DNA of 63,252 bases, filler included, from Candidatus Rokuibacteriota bacterium (lineage in GTDB: Bacteria; JAUVQV01; DATDCY01): assembly GCA_031406795.1 (NCBI GenBank). It is 9 parts of 9 records of this genome, joined end to end, with 100 filler letters (N's around TTAATTAATTAA, not from the genome) between each part and the next. Parts side by side here need not be neighbours in the genome. Positions count along the whole stretch, not along the records: positions 38,301 to 41,602 come from JANOHV010000184.1; positions 41,703 to 45,154 come from JANOHV010000225.1; positions 45,255 to 50,106 come from JANOHV010000190.1; 6 more parts are not named here. One strand, given 5' to 3'. Below, one piece after another: positions 38,818 through 48,393 of the stretch; positions within the stretch are counted from its first letter, which is position 1; each line of letters begins with the position of its first letter. A program made the translations under genes and the position numbers. The notes below the pieces were generated by a model. The model was not told the DNA's origin. It did not search any database and saw only the letters and a list, made by a program, of their open reading frames with translations.

Positions 38818-40719
38818 ATGCGCGCGGGAAAAACCGGACGTGTTTTCGTCAAGAGTATCGCTCTTCTGATGTTGATCGGCGTGGCGGTCTGGGTGCGGAT
38901 CCCGGTCGCGCGGGCCATCTCGAACGCCGAACAGGCCTTTCTGTCACTGTACTTCAGCGACGACGAACTTCACGTTATCTCCTCGACACGCAGCCTGCAG
39001 TCGATCGCCCGGATCGCCGAGAACGTCACGGTCGTCACGGCCGCGGACATCGAGTTGATGAATGCGCACACGATGGTGGACGTGCTCGGGAGTGTTCCGG
39101 GGGTCGTCATGAGTACCGCGGCGCCATTCGTCAGTAATGCCATCGCGATGATTCAGGGGCCGGACATCCGGCACGTCACGGTCCTGTTGAACGGCGTACT
39201 GCTTAACAACCTGAGCGACAACGTCGCCATACTCGGCGCCATTCCCGTCCAGGACATCGCCAAGGTCGAGATCCTTAAAGGCCCCGCCTCCTCGGTCTGG
39301 GGTTCTGCGATGGGCGGGGTGGTCAACATCATCACCAAAGGCCCGGGCACCAAGGCCGTCCAGGGATCGGTCGCCCTCGACTACGGTTCGGAGAATACTG
39401 GCGACTACCGGGCCGCGATCTCCGGCAGACTCGGCGGGCTCGGCTATGCGTTCAGCGGCACGAAGTTGCGTTCCGACGGGCTGGTCGAGGGCTTCGAAGC
39501 CGATGCGGAGCATCTGAGCGCCCGGCTCGATTATGCCATCGCCGAGCGCACGAGCGCGAACTTCACGTTCTTCTACGGCGACACGAACCGCGGCGACGGC
39601 ATCGACCGGGAGTTCGACCTCTCCTTCAGCAATCGTCACAAGCACCTGGTCTCCCAGCTGGCGTTGACCTCCGCGCTCGGCCGGGCGGGCAGCCTCGACT
39701 TCGCCCTCTGGACGACGCGCTTCGACAACCGGTATTTCATGAATCAACTGAGCGATAACCTCGAACTCTCGCTCAACACCTTGAAGGAGAACCGTTCCGG
39801 CGCCAGCCTGAAGTACGCCGTGAGCACGGGCGGCCAGGATCTGGTCTTCGGCGCCGATTACTCGGCGGGAACACTCGATGCGAGCAATATCGAAGGCGCC
39901 GACCCCGAGCTGAAGCAGTGGGCCGTCTTCGCCAACGACACCATCGGCCTGGGGAACCTGACGCTAACCCCCGGGGTCCGCTACGACGACATCTCCATCG
40001 CCGAGAACTTCTGGAGCCCGAGCCTCGGGGCGACCTACCTGCTCGCCAGGGACACCCTGCTGCGGGCGACCGTCGCGAGGGGCTTTTCGATTCCCACTCC
40101 CGCCGAGACCTCGGGAGACAGCGAAATCAATCGCTACCGGGCCAACCCCGATCTCACCGTGGAGAAGATGTGGTCGTACCAGGCGGGGTTCGAATCCGGC
40201 ATTCTCGACATCTTCTGGCTGAGGCTCTCGGCCTACCGCCACGACGTGGAGGATGCCATCGCGGAGAAGTCGCTCGACAACGACTTCTTCACGAAAGTGA
40301 ACGCGGGACGGCAGCGCCGGCAGGGTTTGGATGTGGAGCTCAGGACCAAGCCGATCCATAACTTGACCCTTGCCGGCAGCGCCTGCTTCCTCGAAGTTCG
40401 GGACTTGGAAACCGATGAGCATGTGATCGATGTGCCGAAGGCGATCTACGACATGAGCCTCAAGTACGACGACCTGCGGTCCTTCCGCGCGCTGTTGAAG
40501 GGACGGTATCTGCGCATGGACGAACCCGAGAACAAGAATGCGGACATCAGCGGCGTCATCGTCGATCTCAACCTGGTCAAGAAGATCATCGAGCGCCCGG
40601 GGATTTCGCTCGAAGCTTTTGTCTCCGTTCACAATCTCCTGAATCAGTCGCAATACCACCAAGATATCTACAAGAACCCCGAGCGGTGGGTCGAGGGCGG
40701 GATCAGAGCCGCCTTCTGA
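38818..40719 (+). CDS. TonB-dependent receptor
   Basis: Plug motif VEILKGPAS.VWG..AMGGVVNIITK; beta-barrel; terminal Phe. Confidence 0.92.
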   Translation: MRAGKTGRVFVKSIALLMLIGVAVWVRIPVARAISNAEQAFLSLYFSDDELHVISSTRSLQSIARIAENVTVVTAADIELMNAHTMVDVLGSVPGVVMSTAAPFVSNAIAMIQGPDIRHVTVLLNGVLLNNLSDNVAILGAIPVQDIAKVEILKGPASSVWGSAMGGVVNIITKGPGTKAVQGSVALDYGSENTGDYRAAISGRLGGLGYAFSGTKLRSDGLVEGFEADAEHLSARLDYAIAERTSANFTFFYGDTNRGDGIDREFDLSFSNRHKHLVSQLALTSALGRAGSLDFALWTTRFDNRYFMNQLSDNLELSLNTLKENRSGASLKYAVSTGGQDLVFGADYSAGTLDASNIEGADPELKQWAVFANDTIGLGNLTLTPGVRYDDISIAENFWSPSLGATYLLARDTLLRATVARGFSIPTPAETSGDSEINRYRANPDLTVEKMWSYQAGFESGILDIFWLRLSAYRHDVEDAIAEKSLDNDFFTKVNAGRQRRQGLDVELRTKPIHNLTLAGSACFLEVRDLETDEHVIDVPKAIYDMSLKYDDLRSFRALLKGRYLRMDEPENKNADISGVIVDLNLVKKIIERPGISLEAFVSVHNLLNQSQYHQDIYKNPERWVEGGIRAAF

Positions 40720-40809
40720 CCGGACGAGCGGCTTGCGGTAACCGAGGATCCAGCCGGCGGTATTACCGGCCAGGGTCTGGCGTCGTCATCGGGGAAGGGG
40801 GGAGCGGTC

Positions 40810-40902
40810 ATGCAGCAGCGGATAGTCGTACTCGCCCAGGGTGTTCAGAAGCAGGAGATTCTCAGGCAGGCCTGTTGCTCGAGTGCGAACAACCGAGCGT
40901 AG
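40810..40902 (+). CDS. 30-aa candidate RiPP precursor (geopeptide-like; absent from the ORF track)
   Basis: GGGGAG RBS; MQQRIVVLAQGVQKQEILRQACCSSANNRA*; directly upstream of a radical SAM gene. Confidence 0.8.
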   Translation: MQQRIVVLAQGVQKQEILRQACCSSANNRA

Positions 40903-40910
40903 AGCTACCG

Positions 40911-40945
40911 GCGGCGGCGGGGGCCCAGCGTCCCCGTCGCCGTTT
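40911..40945 (+). terminator. GC-rich hairpin between peptide and maturase genes
   Basis: gcggcggcgggg...ccccgtcgccgt followed by a short T run. Confidence 0.55.
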
Positions 40946-40950
40946 CCGTC

Positions 40951-41602
40951 ATGTTGACGCGGTATCATCGCATCTTCTTCCCGCCGGAGTTTCCCGGGAA
41001 AGCCGTCCTCTTCTCCACCCGTACCTCCGCCTCGCTGCTGCTGCCCGCCGCCATGATCGGCGAGATTGAACGGGGCGCCATCGCTCCGGATGACCGCGCG
41101 ACCCTCGCCAATCACGGTTTCCTGGTCGAGGATGCCGAGGCCGAGAAGCAGCAGATGCGCGCGTTTCTCGCCGAACTCGCCGCGATGGACCGCGTCTTCA
41201 AGCCGATCGTGGTGCTGAACCTCGACTGCAACCTCGCCTGTACGTACTGCTTCGAGGGTCAACGCAAGGGGAGGCACTACCTGTCGGAGCGGACCGCGGA
41301 AAGGCTCCTGGATTTCATTCGCGATGCCGGGATCCCGGGTCGGAATGAGGTCAACGTAACGTTTTACGGCGGCGAGCCGTTGTTGAGTCTGGAGAGGCTG
41401 GCCTCCCTTGCCGGGAAGATCGGCGCGCTCGCCGCGGCGGCAGGCATCCCCTTCAGCTTCTCGTTGATCACCAACGGCACGCTGTTGACGCGCAAGAATG
41501 TGAACCGGCTGCGGCCGCTCGGTCTCAGGAGCGCCTGTGTCACGCTGGATGGTCCCCGGGACACGCACGACGCCGCGCGGCCTTTCCGCACCGGCAGCGG
41601 CA
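40951..41602 (+). CDS. Radical SAM peptide maturase (geopeptide-maturase-like; 3'-partial)
   Basis: About 80-aa N-terminal extension, CNLACTYC, FYGGEPLL, ITNGTLL, TLDGP. Confidence 0.85.
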
Positions 41603-41702
41603 NNNNNNNNNNNNNNNNNNNNNNNNNNNNNNNNNNNNNNNNNNNNTTAATTAATTAANNNNNNNNNNNNNNNNNNNNNNNNNNNNNNNNNNNNNNNNNN
41701 NN

Positions 41703-41895
41703 AGGTGAAGGCCCAGCGCAGGGAGGCCGCGGTGAAGCCCGACTGAACCATCGGGTTGCGGGTGATGTAGCCGGGGTCGTCGAAGTTGATGAAGCTGTTC
41801 CCGAACGCCGGGTTGAAGACGACGACGACCAGCAGCAGGATCGTGTAGGCGGCGGCCGCCGGAGTGAGCCGCTGGCGCGGGCTACCAGTTGCCAT
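41703..41895 (-). CDS. Membrane protein, TMTC-like glycosyltransferase N-terminus (3'-partial)
   Basis: F.NFDD..YIT.NP after the first TM helix. Confidence 0.7.
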
Positions 41896-42349
41896 AGCGC
41901 CCTGCGGTGGAGGTCACCTGGCCGCGCAGGGGATCATAGCGATACGGCTTGCCGAACGGGTCGAGCACCAGCCCCTGCGCATCAATGCTGCTCGGCTCGA
42001 GATAGGTGCGCTTGAAGCTCGTGCGTTTCTCGAAGGAAGTCTGCCCCGCCGCGATCGAGAATTCCTGGTTGGGGAGCAGGTACGGCTGATCGACCAGTTC
42101 CCTGAGGCTCGCGGGAAAACGCCGGTTGAGCGCGGCGAAGAGGACGACCGCCGTCCGGATGCTGGCCAGTTCGTGCCGGAGGGCAACCTCGCGGGCCGTC
42201 CGGATGACGCGGAAATAGTAGGCCATGCCGGTGCTCAGCAGGATGGCGACGATGATACAGGCCACGAGGGAGTTGAAGGCGGCGGAGCCCCGCTCCGCGG
42301 ACGGCCCCGTGTCAGCGGCCTGCCTAGCGCTTGATGAAGGAGACGACAT
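41882..42349 (-). CDS. Pilin/pseudopilin-like protein
   Basis: N-terminal hydrophobic helix, FPASL.EL and DPFGKPYRY; directly after the GspF gene. Confidence 0.65.
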   Translation of the reverse strand: MSSPSSSARQAADTGPSAERGSAAFNSLVACIIVAILLSTGMAYYFRVIRTAREVALRHELASIRTAVVLFAALNRRFPASLRELVDQPYLLPNQEFSIAAGQTSFEKRTSFKRTYLEPSSIDAQGLVLDPFGKPYRYDPLRGQVTSTAGRYGNW

Positions 42350-43550
42350 TCCACCAGGGCATGAAGATGGCGAGGGCGAGAAAAAGCACCCCGCCGCCGA
42401 TCACCACGACGAGAAGCGGCTCGATCGCGGTCGTCAGATTGCGGACCGCGAATTCCACCTCGCTCTCGTAGTAGTCGGAGACCTTCTCCAGCATCTCGTC
42501 GAGCTTGCCGGTCTCCTCGCCGACGGCCACCATCTGCACCACCAGCGGCGTGAACACATTCTGCAGGCGCATCGGTCCCGCGATGGACTGCCCCTCCTGG
42601 ACGCTTTCGCGGATCCCGAGGATGACGCTCTTGATCCTGACGTTCCCCACGGTCGCCGCGGCGATCTCGAGCGTCTTGAGGAGCGGGACGCCGCTGCGCA
42701 GCAGGGCGGAGAAGACGCTCGAGAAACGGGAGAGGGACGACTTGAGGAAGAGCGGCCCGAAGATGGGCAGGCGGATCTTCCAGGTGTCCCAGAACTGCCG
42801 GCCGCCGGGGGTCCGGAGCGCGAAACGCACGCCGAAGATCGCCGCCGCCAGCAGGACGATTCCGGGGATCCAGAACCGCTGGAACATCACGTTGGCGAAG
42901 ATCATCATCCGCGTCGGAATCGGCAGCTCCCCGCCGAAGTTGGCGTAGAGCTGCACGAATTTCGGGACCACGAATTTCATCATGATGAAAAATGCGACGA
43001 CCAGGGCCGCGCTGACGAACATCGGGTACCGCATGGCCGCGCCGATGCGCGCGCGCTGGACCGATTCCTGCTCCGCCAGAGTCGCGAGGCGTTCGAGCAC
43101 CTTCTCGAGCAACCCGCCTTCCTCGCCGGCGCGGATCATGCTGATGTAGAGTTCCGAGAACGTTTCGGGGTGGTGGGCGAGCGCCGCGGAGAACGAGCCG
43201 CCGCTCTCGATTTCGGTATAGAGCTCTTCGAGGATCCTCTTGAGGCGCGGGCTCTCCGTCTGGTCCCTGAGGGTGCCCAGGGAGCGCAGAAAGGGCAGGC
43301 CGGCGGAGATCAGGGTTGCCAGCTGCCGGTTGTAGAGGATGAAGTCCTGCGTCGAAACCCGCGAGAAGTAGTCGTTCAGCCGGGCGAGCGAGAACCCCGG
43401 GCGCGCGCCCGGATCCCGCGGCTCGATGCTGATGGGGTAGTACCCGAGCCGGTCCAGTTGGTGGGCCGCCTCGGTGGTCCCTTCGGCCTCGAGCACGCCT
43501 TCGGCGGCTCTCCCGGCGCGGTCGCGGGCGCGGTAGGCGTAGGAGGTCAT
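42324..43550 (-). CDS. GspF/PilC-family inner membrane platform protein
   Basis: RQLATLISAG, GEEGG, YP, GEETGKLD, IEP. Confidence 0.93.
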   Translation of the reverse strand: MTSYAYRARDRAGRAAEGVLEAEGTTEAAHQLDRLGYYPISIEPRDPGARPGFSLARLNDYFSRVSTQDFILYNRQLATLISAGLPFLRSLGTLRDQTESPRLKRILEELYTEIESGGSFSAALAHHPETFSELYISMIRAGEEGGLLEKVLERLATLAEQESVQRARIGAAMRYPMFVSAALVVAFFIMMKFVVPKFVQLYANFGGELPIPTRMMIFANVMFQRFWIPGIVLLAAAIFGVRFALRTPGGRQFWDTWKIRLPIFGPLFLKSSLSRFSSVFSALLRSGVPLLKTLEIAAATVGNVRIKSVILGIRESVQEGQSIAGPMRLQNVFTPLVVQMVAVGEETGKLDEMLEKVSDYYESEVEFAVRNLTTAIEPLLVVVIGGGVLFLALAIFMPWWNVVSFIKR

Positions 43551-43557
43551 GGCGCCG

Positions 43558-45154
43558 TCAGCCCTCGATCGGAGGGGTGACGCGCAGAATTTCCTCGATC
43601 GTGGTCACGCCGCCCTGCACCTTCTCCAGACCCGCTTCGCGCAGCGTGCGCAACCCGGCGCTCCTCGCGAGGCTGCGGATCGCCTCGGGCGGGGACTTGC
43701 CGACGATCGCCCGCCGCAGTTGGTGCTTCAGGGCCAGCGCTTCGAAGATGCCGGTGCGACCGCGGTACCCGGTCTCCCTGCAGTGCGGGCAGCCCCGGCC
43801 GTGGACCAGCTCGGTGCCCGGCGGCAATCCCGCAGCCGCCAGCAGGGCCGGGTCCGGGGTCGATGCGCCGCGACAGGAGGGACAGATGGTCCGCACGAGC
43901 CGCTGGGCCATGATGCCCTCCAGCGCCGCGCTCGCGAGATACGGCTCGACGCCCAGATCGAGCAGCCGCAGCAGCGCGTCGACGCTGTCGTTGGCCGGGA
44001 GCGTGGCGAGGACGAGGCAGCCGGCAAGCGCCGCGTGCATGGCGATCTCGGCGGATTCGCGCTCGCGGATCTCGCCCACCAGGATGACGTCGGGGTCCTG
44101 GCGCAGGATCGCCTGGAGTCCGCGGGCGAAGGTCATCCCGGCGTGGCGGTCGACCTGGATCTGGGTCACCTTGGGCAGGTGGTACTCCACCGGATCCTCG
44201 AGCGTGATGATGTTGCAGCCCACGGCGTCCAGCGTCTGCAGCAGGGCGTACAGCGTGGTCGTCTTCCCGCTGCCGGCCGGCCCGGTGACCAGGACCAGAC
44301 CGTGCGGCTTCGCCGTGAAGCCCTGCATGAACCGCAGGACTTCCGGCGCCATGCCGAGTGCGGTCAGCTCCGACAGCGCGGTGCTCTTGTCGCGCAGCCG
44401 CAGCGCGATCTTCTCGCCGTGGATCGTCGGCAGCGTCGCGGCCCGGATCTCGACCTCCTGGCTGCCCGCCGGGAGCGTCCAGCGCCCGTCCTGGGGCTGG
44501 TACTTCTCCGCGATGTCCATGCCGGCGAGGGTCTTGAGCCGGGCGAGGATCGCGGGGTACAGGGCCAGGGGAAACGAGCCGACGCTGTGCATCACCCCGT
44601 CGATGCGCGTCCGCAACTCCAGCGCGCTGGCCTCGGGCAGCAGGTGGATGTCGCTGGCTCTGTCGGCAACGGCCTGGACGAGGAAAGAGTGCACGAGATT
44701 GACCACCGTACTCTCGGCGGCCCCGCGTTCGAGCCATTCGCCGCTGCCCCGCTCCTCGGAGACGACTCCCGGCCTCTCGACGCCGCGGGCCCGCGGGCCA
44801 TCCTGGACCGAACCGCCCGTTCCCTGGTACTGGTCGAGGGCGGCGACGATGTCGGCCTCCTTGGCCACCGCCGGCTGGACGGCCAGGCCGCTGGCCCGGG
44901 CGATGTCGTCGATGCCGATGACGTTGAGCGGATCGGTCATCGCGACGATCAGTTCGCCGTGCTCGGTGGCGACCGGGACCGCCAGGTGCAGGCGCGCCAG
45001 CCGTTCCGGGACCAGCCGCAGGACTTGGGGATCGATCGTGATCGCGGCGAGGTCGATCACCCGTATCCCGAGCTGGCGACTGAGCGCGTGGATGATCTGC
45101 TCTTCGGCGATGTCGAACGCGCGGCCGAGCACCCGGCCGAGGCGATCGCCGCTG
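43558..45154 (-). CDS. GspE/PilB-family assembly ATPase (5'-partial)
   Basis: ASDIH, GPAGSGKTTTLY, LRQDPD, CxxC...CxxC. Confidence 0.93.
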
Positions 45155-45349
45155 NNNNNNNNNNNNNNNNNNNNNNNNNNNNNNNNNNNNNNNNNNNNTT
45201 AATTAATTAANNNNNNNNNNNNNNNNNNNNNNNNNNNNNNNNNNNNNNNNNNNNGTCGTCTTGTTGCATGCTGAAGGCACACCTTTCAAGCACTCATCCG
45301 GACTGGACCACGGAGCGCGTCCGCCGCGAAGTGGCGCACAGGATGTCGC

Positions 45350-45922
45350 ATGGGGCCGTCTGAGCTTCTCGAGCACGTCGTCTCGGTCTTCGAGAGGCTG
45401 GGCATACCCTACCTTGTCACCGGTTCCGTCGCAGCCATGGCCTACGGCGAACCGCGCCTGACGAACGACATCGACATCGTGGCCGGCATCGCCGAGCAGC
45501 ACATTCCCGCCCTGCGGGAGGCCTTTCCCGCGGAGGAGTACTACCTCCACGATGAAGCCGTCCGCGACGCCATCCGCCGACCGGGACAATTCAACATCAT
45601 CCACCCGGCGTCCGGCCTCAAGATCGACGTCATTATCCGCCGTAACACCCCATTCGACCGCAGCCGCTTCGGGCGGGTCCGCCGCATCCACCCCGCCGAG
45701 AATTTCGAAGCCGATTTCGCCGCTCCCGAGGATGTGATCATCAAGAAGATGGAATACTATAGGGCGGGCGGTTCCGAGAAGCACCTCCGGGACATCACCG
45801 GGATTCTCGTGACCTCCGGCGCCGATGTCGACCGCCCTTACATCGAGAGCTGGGCGCAGCAGCTCGGTCTCGGCGAGATCTGGGAAGCCATCGTAAAGAG
45901 ACTGAGTTCATGTCGACCATGA
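45350..45922 (+). CDS. Nucleotidyltransferase-fold protein (DUF6036-like)
   Basis: YLVTGSVA..YGEPRLTNDID, PEDVII.K, KHLRD. Confidence 0.82.
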   Translation: MGPSELLEHVVSVFERLGIPYLVTGSVAAMAYGEPRLTNDIDIVAGIAEQHIPALREAFPAEEYYLHDEAVRDAIRRPGQFNIIHPASGLKIDVIIRRNTPFDRSRFGRVRRIHPAENFEADFAAPEDVIIKKMEYYRAGGSEKHLRDITGILVTSGADVDRPYIESWAQQLGLGEIWEAIVKRLSSCRP

Positions 45923-45985
45923 TACGAAGAGCATTACCAAGGCGAGGGCAGCATTGGAAATGAAGCATTGCGGGGAGGTGATTGC

Positions 45986-46200
45986 GTGATTGCTCAAGAA
46001 GTTCTGAAGACGGTGCGATCCTATGTCCGTGCGGCGAGACGGGCCGGCATCCACGTTGACAAGGCCATCCTCTTTGGTTCCCATGCTCGCGGGGCCGCTC
46101 GAGAAGAGAGTGATATCGATCTGGCGGTCATCGCGCCGGAGTTTGACGCCCGCAATCGGGAGCGTTTGACCCGGAAGCTCACAGAACCGCTCGCCGTGGG
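45986..46200 (+). pseudogene. Truncated MNT antitoxin
   Basis: LFGSHARG...SDID, then family similarity is lost. Confidence 0.65.
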
Positions 46201-46359
46201 TCGGATAACCACGCTCCGGGCATGGTGTTTACCACGACCTTCGACGAGCTGCTGCCATGCCCTCGTTGGCGCATCGCAGCGTTCGCGGCCGCATCGACAT
46301 CAAGTGTGCAACGCAGGCTGGGCATCGATTCACCAGTTGAAACCACGGAGGAACAGGCC

Positions 46360-46593
46360 ATGAACTGGAGCGAGCGCATTTCCCACGATTCCGCCATCTG
46401 CAAGGGAAGGGCCTGCGTGAGGGGTACGAGAATCATGGTCTCGACAGTATTGGACAACCTGGCTGACGGCGTATTACCTGAAGAGATCATGCAGAGTTAT
46501 CCGCCACTTACGCGCGAGGATATCCAGGCATGCATCGCTTACGCGGCGGCTTTGGCACCCGAGGAAATCCATCCTCTTGCACACGCGGTATGA
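46360..46593 (+). CDS. DUF433 antitoxin
   Basis: ICKGRACVRGTRI.V, YP.LT.EDIQACIAYAA; GGAGG RBS. Confidence 0.9.
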   Translation: MNWSERISHDSAICKGRACVRGTRIMVSTVLDNLADGVLPEEIMQSYPPLTREDIQACIAYAAALAPEEIHPLAHAV

Positions 46594-46682
46594 AGTTCAA
46601 AATAGACCAGAACCTGCGTCGTCAGCCGCTTGGCGGCAAGTTGTGGATTGTCGAGGAAAGCAAGCTCCGGGTGCGGGGGTAA
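46590..46682 (+). pseudogene. DUF5615/PIN-like toxin reduced to fused N- and C-termini
   Basis: MKFKIDQNL joined directly to GKLWIVEESKLRVRG* (30 aa). Confidence 0.7.
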
Positions 46683-46718
46683 TTCAGCGTGGGGTACTAT
46701 GAATGACCCGGCCATCCT

Positions 46719-46860
46719 CCGGGAAAACCCCGATTCTCCTGAAATCCCTCTGCCTCGCCGCGCTTGTCAGCGGCTTGTCCCCGGCGGGGTATTAGGCCAA
46801 GTGCCAGCTGGGCTCGAACATCATCCCTGGTTTTTCCAGGCCAAAACTTCAGGTGGCCCA
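46719..46860 (+). repeat. Repeat element B, copy 3
   Basis: Matches the reverse complement of 30360-30499 and, as there, is followed by element A. Confidence 0.85.
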
Positions 46861-46881
46861 AGTCCGTCGCCGAATGGTGTT

Positions 46882-46988
46882 ATGCTTGAAAAACAAGCAC
46901 TTATCATTCATAATCAACACACCGTGATGCAACGACCCTTGCCTCCTCTCCGGCAGTCCCCTGCAATGGGGACCGGCGGTAGCTTGTG
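46882..46988 (+). promoter_or_regulatory. Promoter plus ops-like leader element A, copy 3
   Basis: TTGAAA(46886)-N17-CATAAT(46909), ACCGTGA, hairpin, GGCGGTAGCTTG (46975-46986) overlapping GTG. Confidence 0.8.
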
Positions 46989-47369
46989 AACAAGTCAGAT
47001 TTCACGCAGTTTTCCCGCTTGATGAAGCGCCTCGAAGAGGATCCGAACGTCCGGTTCGCCCTGATCTTCGGATCCCAGGCGCGCGGGAGGGCGCGCAGCG
47101 GCAGCGACCTGGATCTTGCCGTGTACTTTGACAAGCCTCCGGTCGGGCTCGATTACCTTGATCTGCTCAGCGAGCTGAGCGATCTCTCCGGCCGCGAGGT
47201 GGATCTCGTGGTCCTCAATCGCGCCTCGGCCATCCTGCGACATCAGGTTCTGAAGCACCGCGTCCCACTTTGTCTCAAGGATGATCCGGCCTATACAAGA
47301 TTCCGGGAGCGGGCGATGACGGATTACGATGTCTATCGGTACGTGAGCGGAGGCCCGGCCCATGGTTGA
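46986..47369 (+). CDS. mntA: MntA-type antitoxin nucleotidyltransferase
   Basis: FGSQARG...SDLDLAV, VDLVVLN. Confidence 0.88.
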   Translation: MNKSDFTQFSRLMKRLEEDPNVRFALIFGSQARGRARSGSDLDLAVYFDKPPVGLDYLDLLSELSDLSGREVDLVVLNRASAILRHQVLKHRVPLCLKDDPAYTRFRERAMTDYDVYRYVSGGPAHG

Positions 47370-47784
47370 CCCGATCCTGATCGAACGCAAGCTCCGGAAG
47401 ATCGAGGGTTACCTGCGCGAGCTTCGGAGCATCGGTGCGCGAAGCCTTGAGGAATTCAGGGGAAACGTCGTCACGAAGAGATTTGTCGAGCGGCAGCTCG
47501 AGCTTTGCGTAGAGCAGATGATCGATATCTGCAAGCATCTGGTCGCCGGGCTCGATCTTCCGGAGCCGGAAACCTACGCGGGTTGTTTCGATCTCCTGGC
47601 GCGTGCAGCGGTGGTGACCGAGAGCAACGCGGCCGTCTTCAAGGCGATGGCGCGGTTCCGCAACCTCTTGATCCACGGCTATGACGAGGTTGACGATGCC
47701 GTGACCTACGGGATCTTCTCGACGCGGCTCGGTGACTTCACCACGTTCGCCGGTGCGATCCGTGGGTATCTCGGCCGGACATGA
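47362..47784 (+). CDS. hepT: HepT/DUF86 HEPN RNase toxin
   Basis: RNLLIHGY (Rx4HxY). Confidence 0.9.
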   Translation: MVDPILIERKLRKIEGYLRELRSIGARSLEEFRGNVVTKRFVERQLELCVEQMIDICKHLVAGLDLPEPETYAGCFDLLARAAVVTESNAAVFKAMARFRNLLIHGYDEVDDAVTYGIFSTRLGDFTTFAGAIRGYLGRT

Positions 47785-47795
47785 TGGTTAGAAAA

Positions 47796-47860
47796 GTGAA
47801 CGCATCCTTAGGACGCGTTTGCCGGCTGTTCCCTGCGACGGGGAGCGGCGGTAGCTTGTG
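47796..47860 (+). promoter_or_regulatory. Leader element A, copy 4 (promoterless, degenerate)
   Basis: gtgaacgca...ccggctgttccctgcgacggggagcGGCGGTAGCTTGTG. Confidence 0.7.
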
Positions 47861-47867
47861 AGCAACC

Positions 47868-47925
47868 GGGAATTCTTCTTCGAGACCGGGCGCCCCGAAT
47901 ACCTCTTCCCCGCCACGGACAAGGC
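47868..47925 (+). pseudogene. fcl: Short fcl fragment
   Basis: [16 protein letters not shown], nearly identical to 49072-49128. Confidence 0.7.
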
Positions 47926-47958
47926 GGCAGAGAGATTGTTCCCGTATGCCCACTGAGT

Positions 47959-48204
<246 letters not shown>

Positions 48205-48272
48205 ATGATGGACATCAACGCCAAAATCTCCATCGCCGGCCACCGCGGCCTCGTCCGCTCCGCGATCCTGCC
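48205..48272 (+). pseudogene. fcl: 5' fragment of GDP-L-fucose synthase
   Basis: MDINAKISIAGHRGLVRSAI after a GGAGAGG RBS. Confidence 0.75.
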
Positions 48273-48289
48273 TAACTCATCGTAATTCC

Positions 48290-48393
48290 TTGATAATTGT
48301 GCTTTGATCCCGTATTGTTCTTGCACCGTGAACGCAGCCACCGCTGTCCGTTTTCCGGCAGTCCCCTGCGATGGGGACCGGCGGTAGCTTGTC
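48290..48393 (+). promoter_or_regulatory. Promoter plus ops-like leader element A, copy 5
   Basis: TTGATA-N17-TATTGT, ACCGTGA at 48325, hairpin, GGCGGTAGCTTGTC then ATG. Confidence 0.8.

Noticed and set aside
46222-46260. VYHDLRRAA resembling a tyrosine-recombinase HxLR motif
   Set aside because: Only a few residues in a short frame with no other catalytic motifs; likely chance.
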